Assembly: GCA_963803795.1 (NCBI GenBank) | Contig: CAWDNT010000008.1 | Span: forward strand, 972,555 to 1,036,554 | Reading direction: 5' to 3' | DNA length: 64,000 nt | From: an uncultured Acidobacteriaceae bacterium | Lineage (GTDB): Bacteria; Acidobacteriota; Terriglobia; Terriglobales; Acidobacteriaceae | Part shown: piece by piece, positions 63,996 to 64,000 of the stretch | Layout: each line of letters begins with the position of its first letter | Numbering within the stretch: position 1 is the first letter of the stretch | Notes under the pieces: generated by a model | Told to the model about the DNA's origin: nothing | What the model saw: only the letters and a program-made list of their open reading frames with translations | Databases searched by the model: none | Made by a program: the position numbers and the translations under genes

Positions 63996-64000
63996 CCCAT

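Overview
High-GC bacterial chromosome segment. Gene content and the repeat style suggest Acidobacteriota, but that is low-confidence inference. About 75 protein genes are supported. I recognised no rRNA, tRNA, CRISPR array, transposase or integrase. Coordinates 1-40600 hold mixed housekeeping and accessory genes: a cold-shock protein, a YihY-family protein, a 1022-aa secreted multi-domain protein, an S9 peptidase, HNH-comF, an OPT transporter, yggS-yggU, a POT transporter, an M24 peptidase, guaB, MFS transporters, and a minus-strand string rimP-nusA-infB-DUF503-rbfA-nrnA-GT39-GNAT. Coordinates 40665-63496 are one uninterrupted minus-strand str-S10-spc-alpha ribosomal superoperon, from rpsL to rplQ in canonical order. 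Three things stand out. (1) About 22 of 35 gene junctions in the superoperon are expanded to 73-214 nt and filled with inverted or tandem repeats built from short words; there are at least seven word families, some also found elsewhere in the window, and one shows compensatory base changes between copies. (2) Five reading-frame anomalies cluster in essential genes within about 3.1 kb: rplW has no in-frame stop before rplB, rplD and rplC each carry one frameshift, and tuf carries two of opposite sign. Two further frameshifts occur elsewhere. Assembly indels are the most likely cause, but this needs checking. (3) A 109-aa non-ribosomal ORF sits between fusA and tuf. Smaller items are a catalytically dead metzincin-like domain on the large secreted protein, a frameshifted Rap1a/Tai4-like gene beside an orphan XRE antitoxin-like gene, and long untranslated leaders at csp and rpsL. 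I did not find a convincing novel multi-gene defence or secretion system. All family assignments come from motif recognition by eye; no searches were run.
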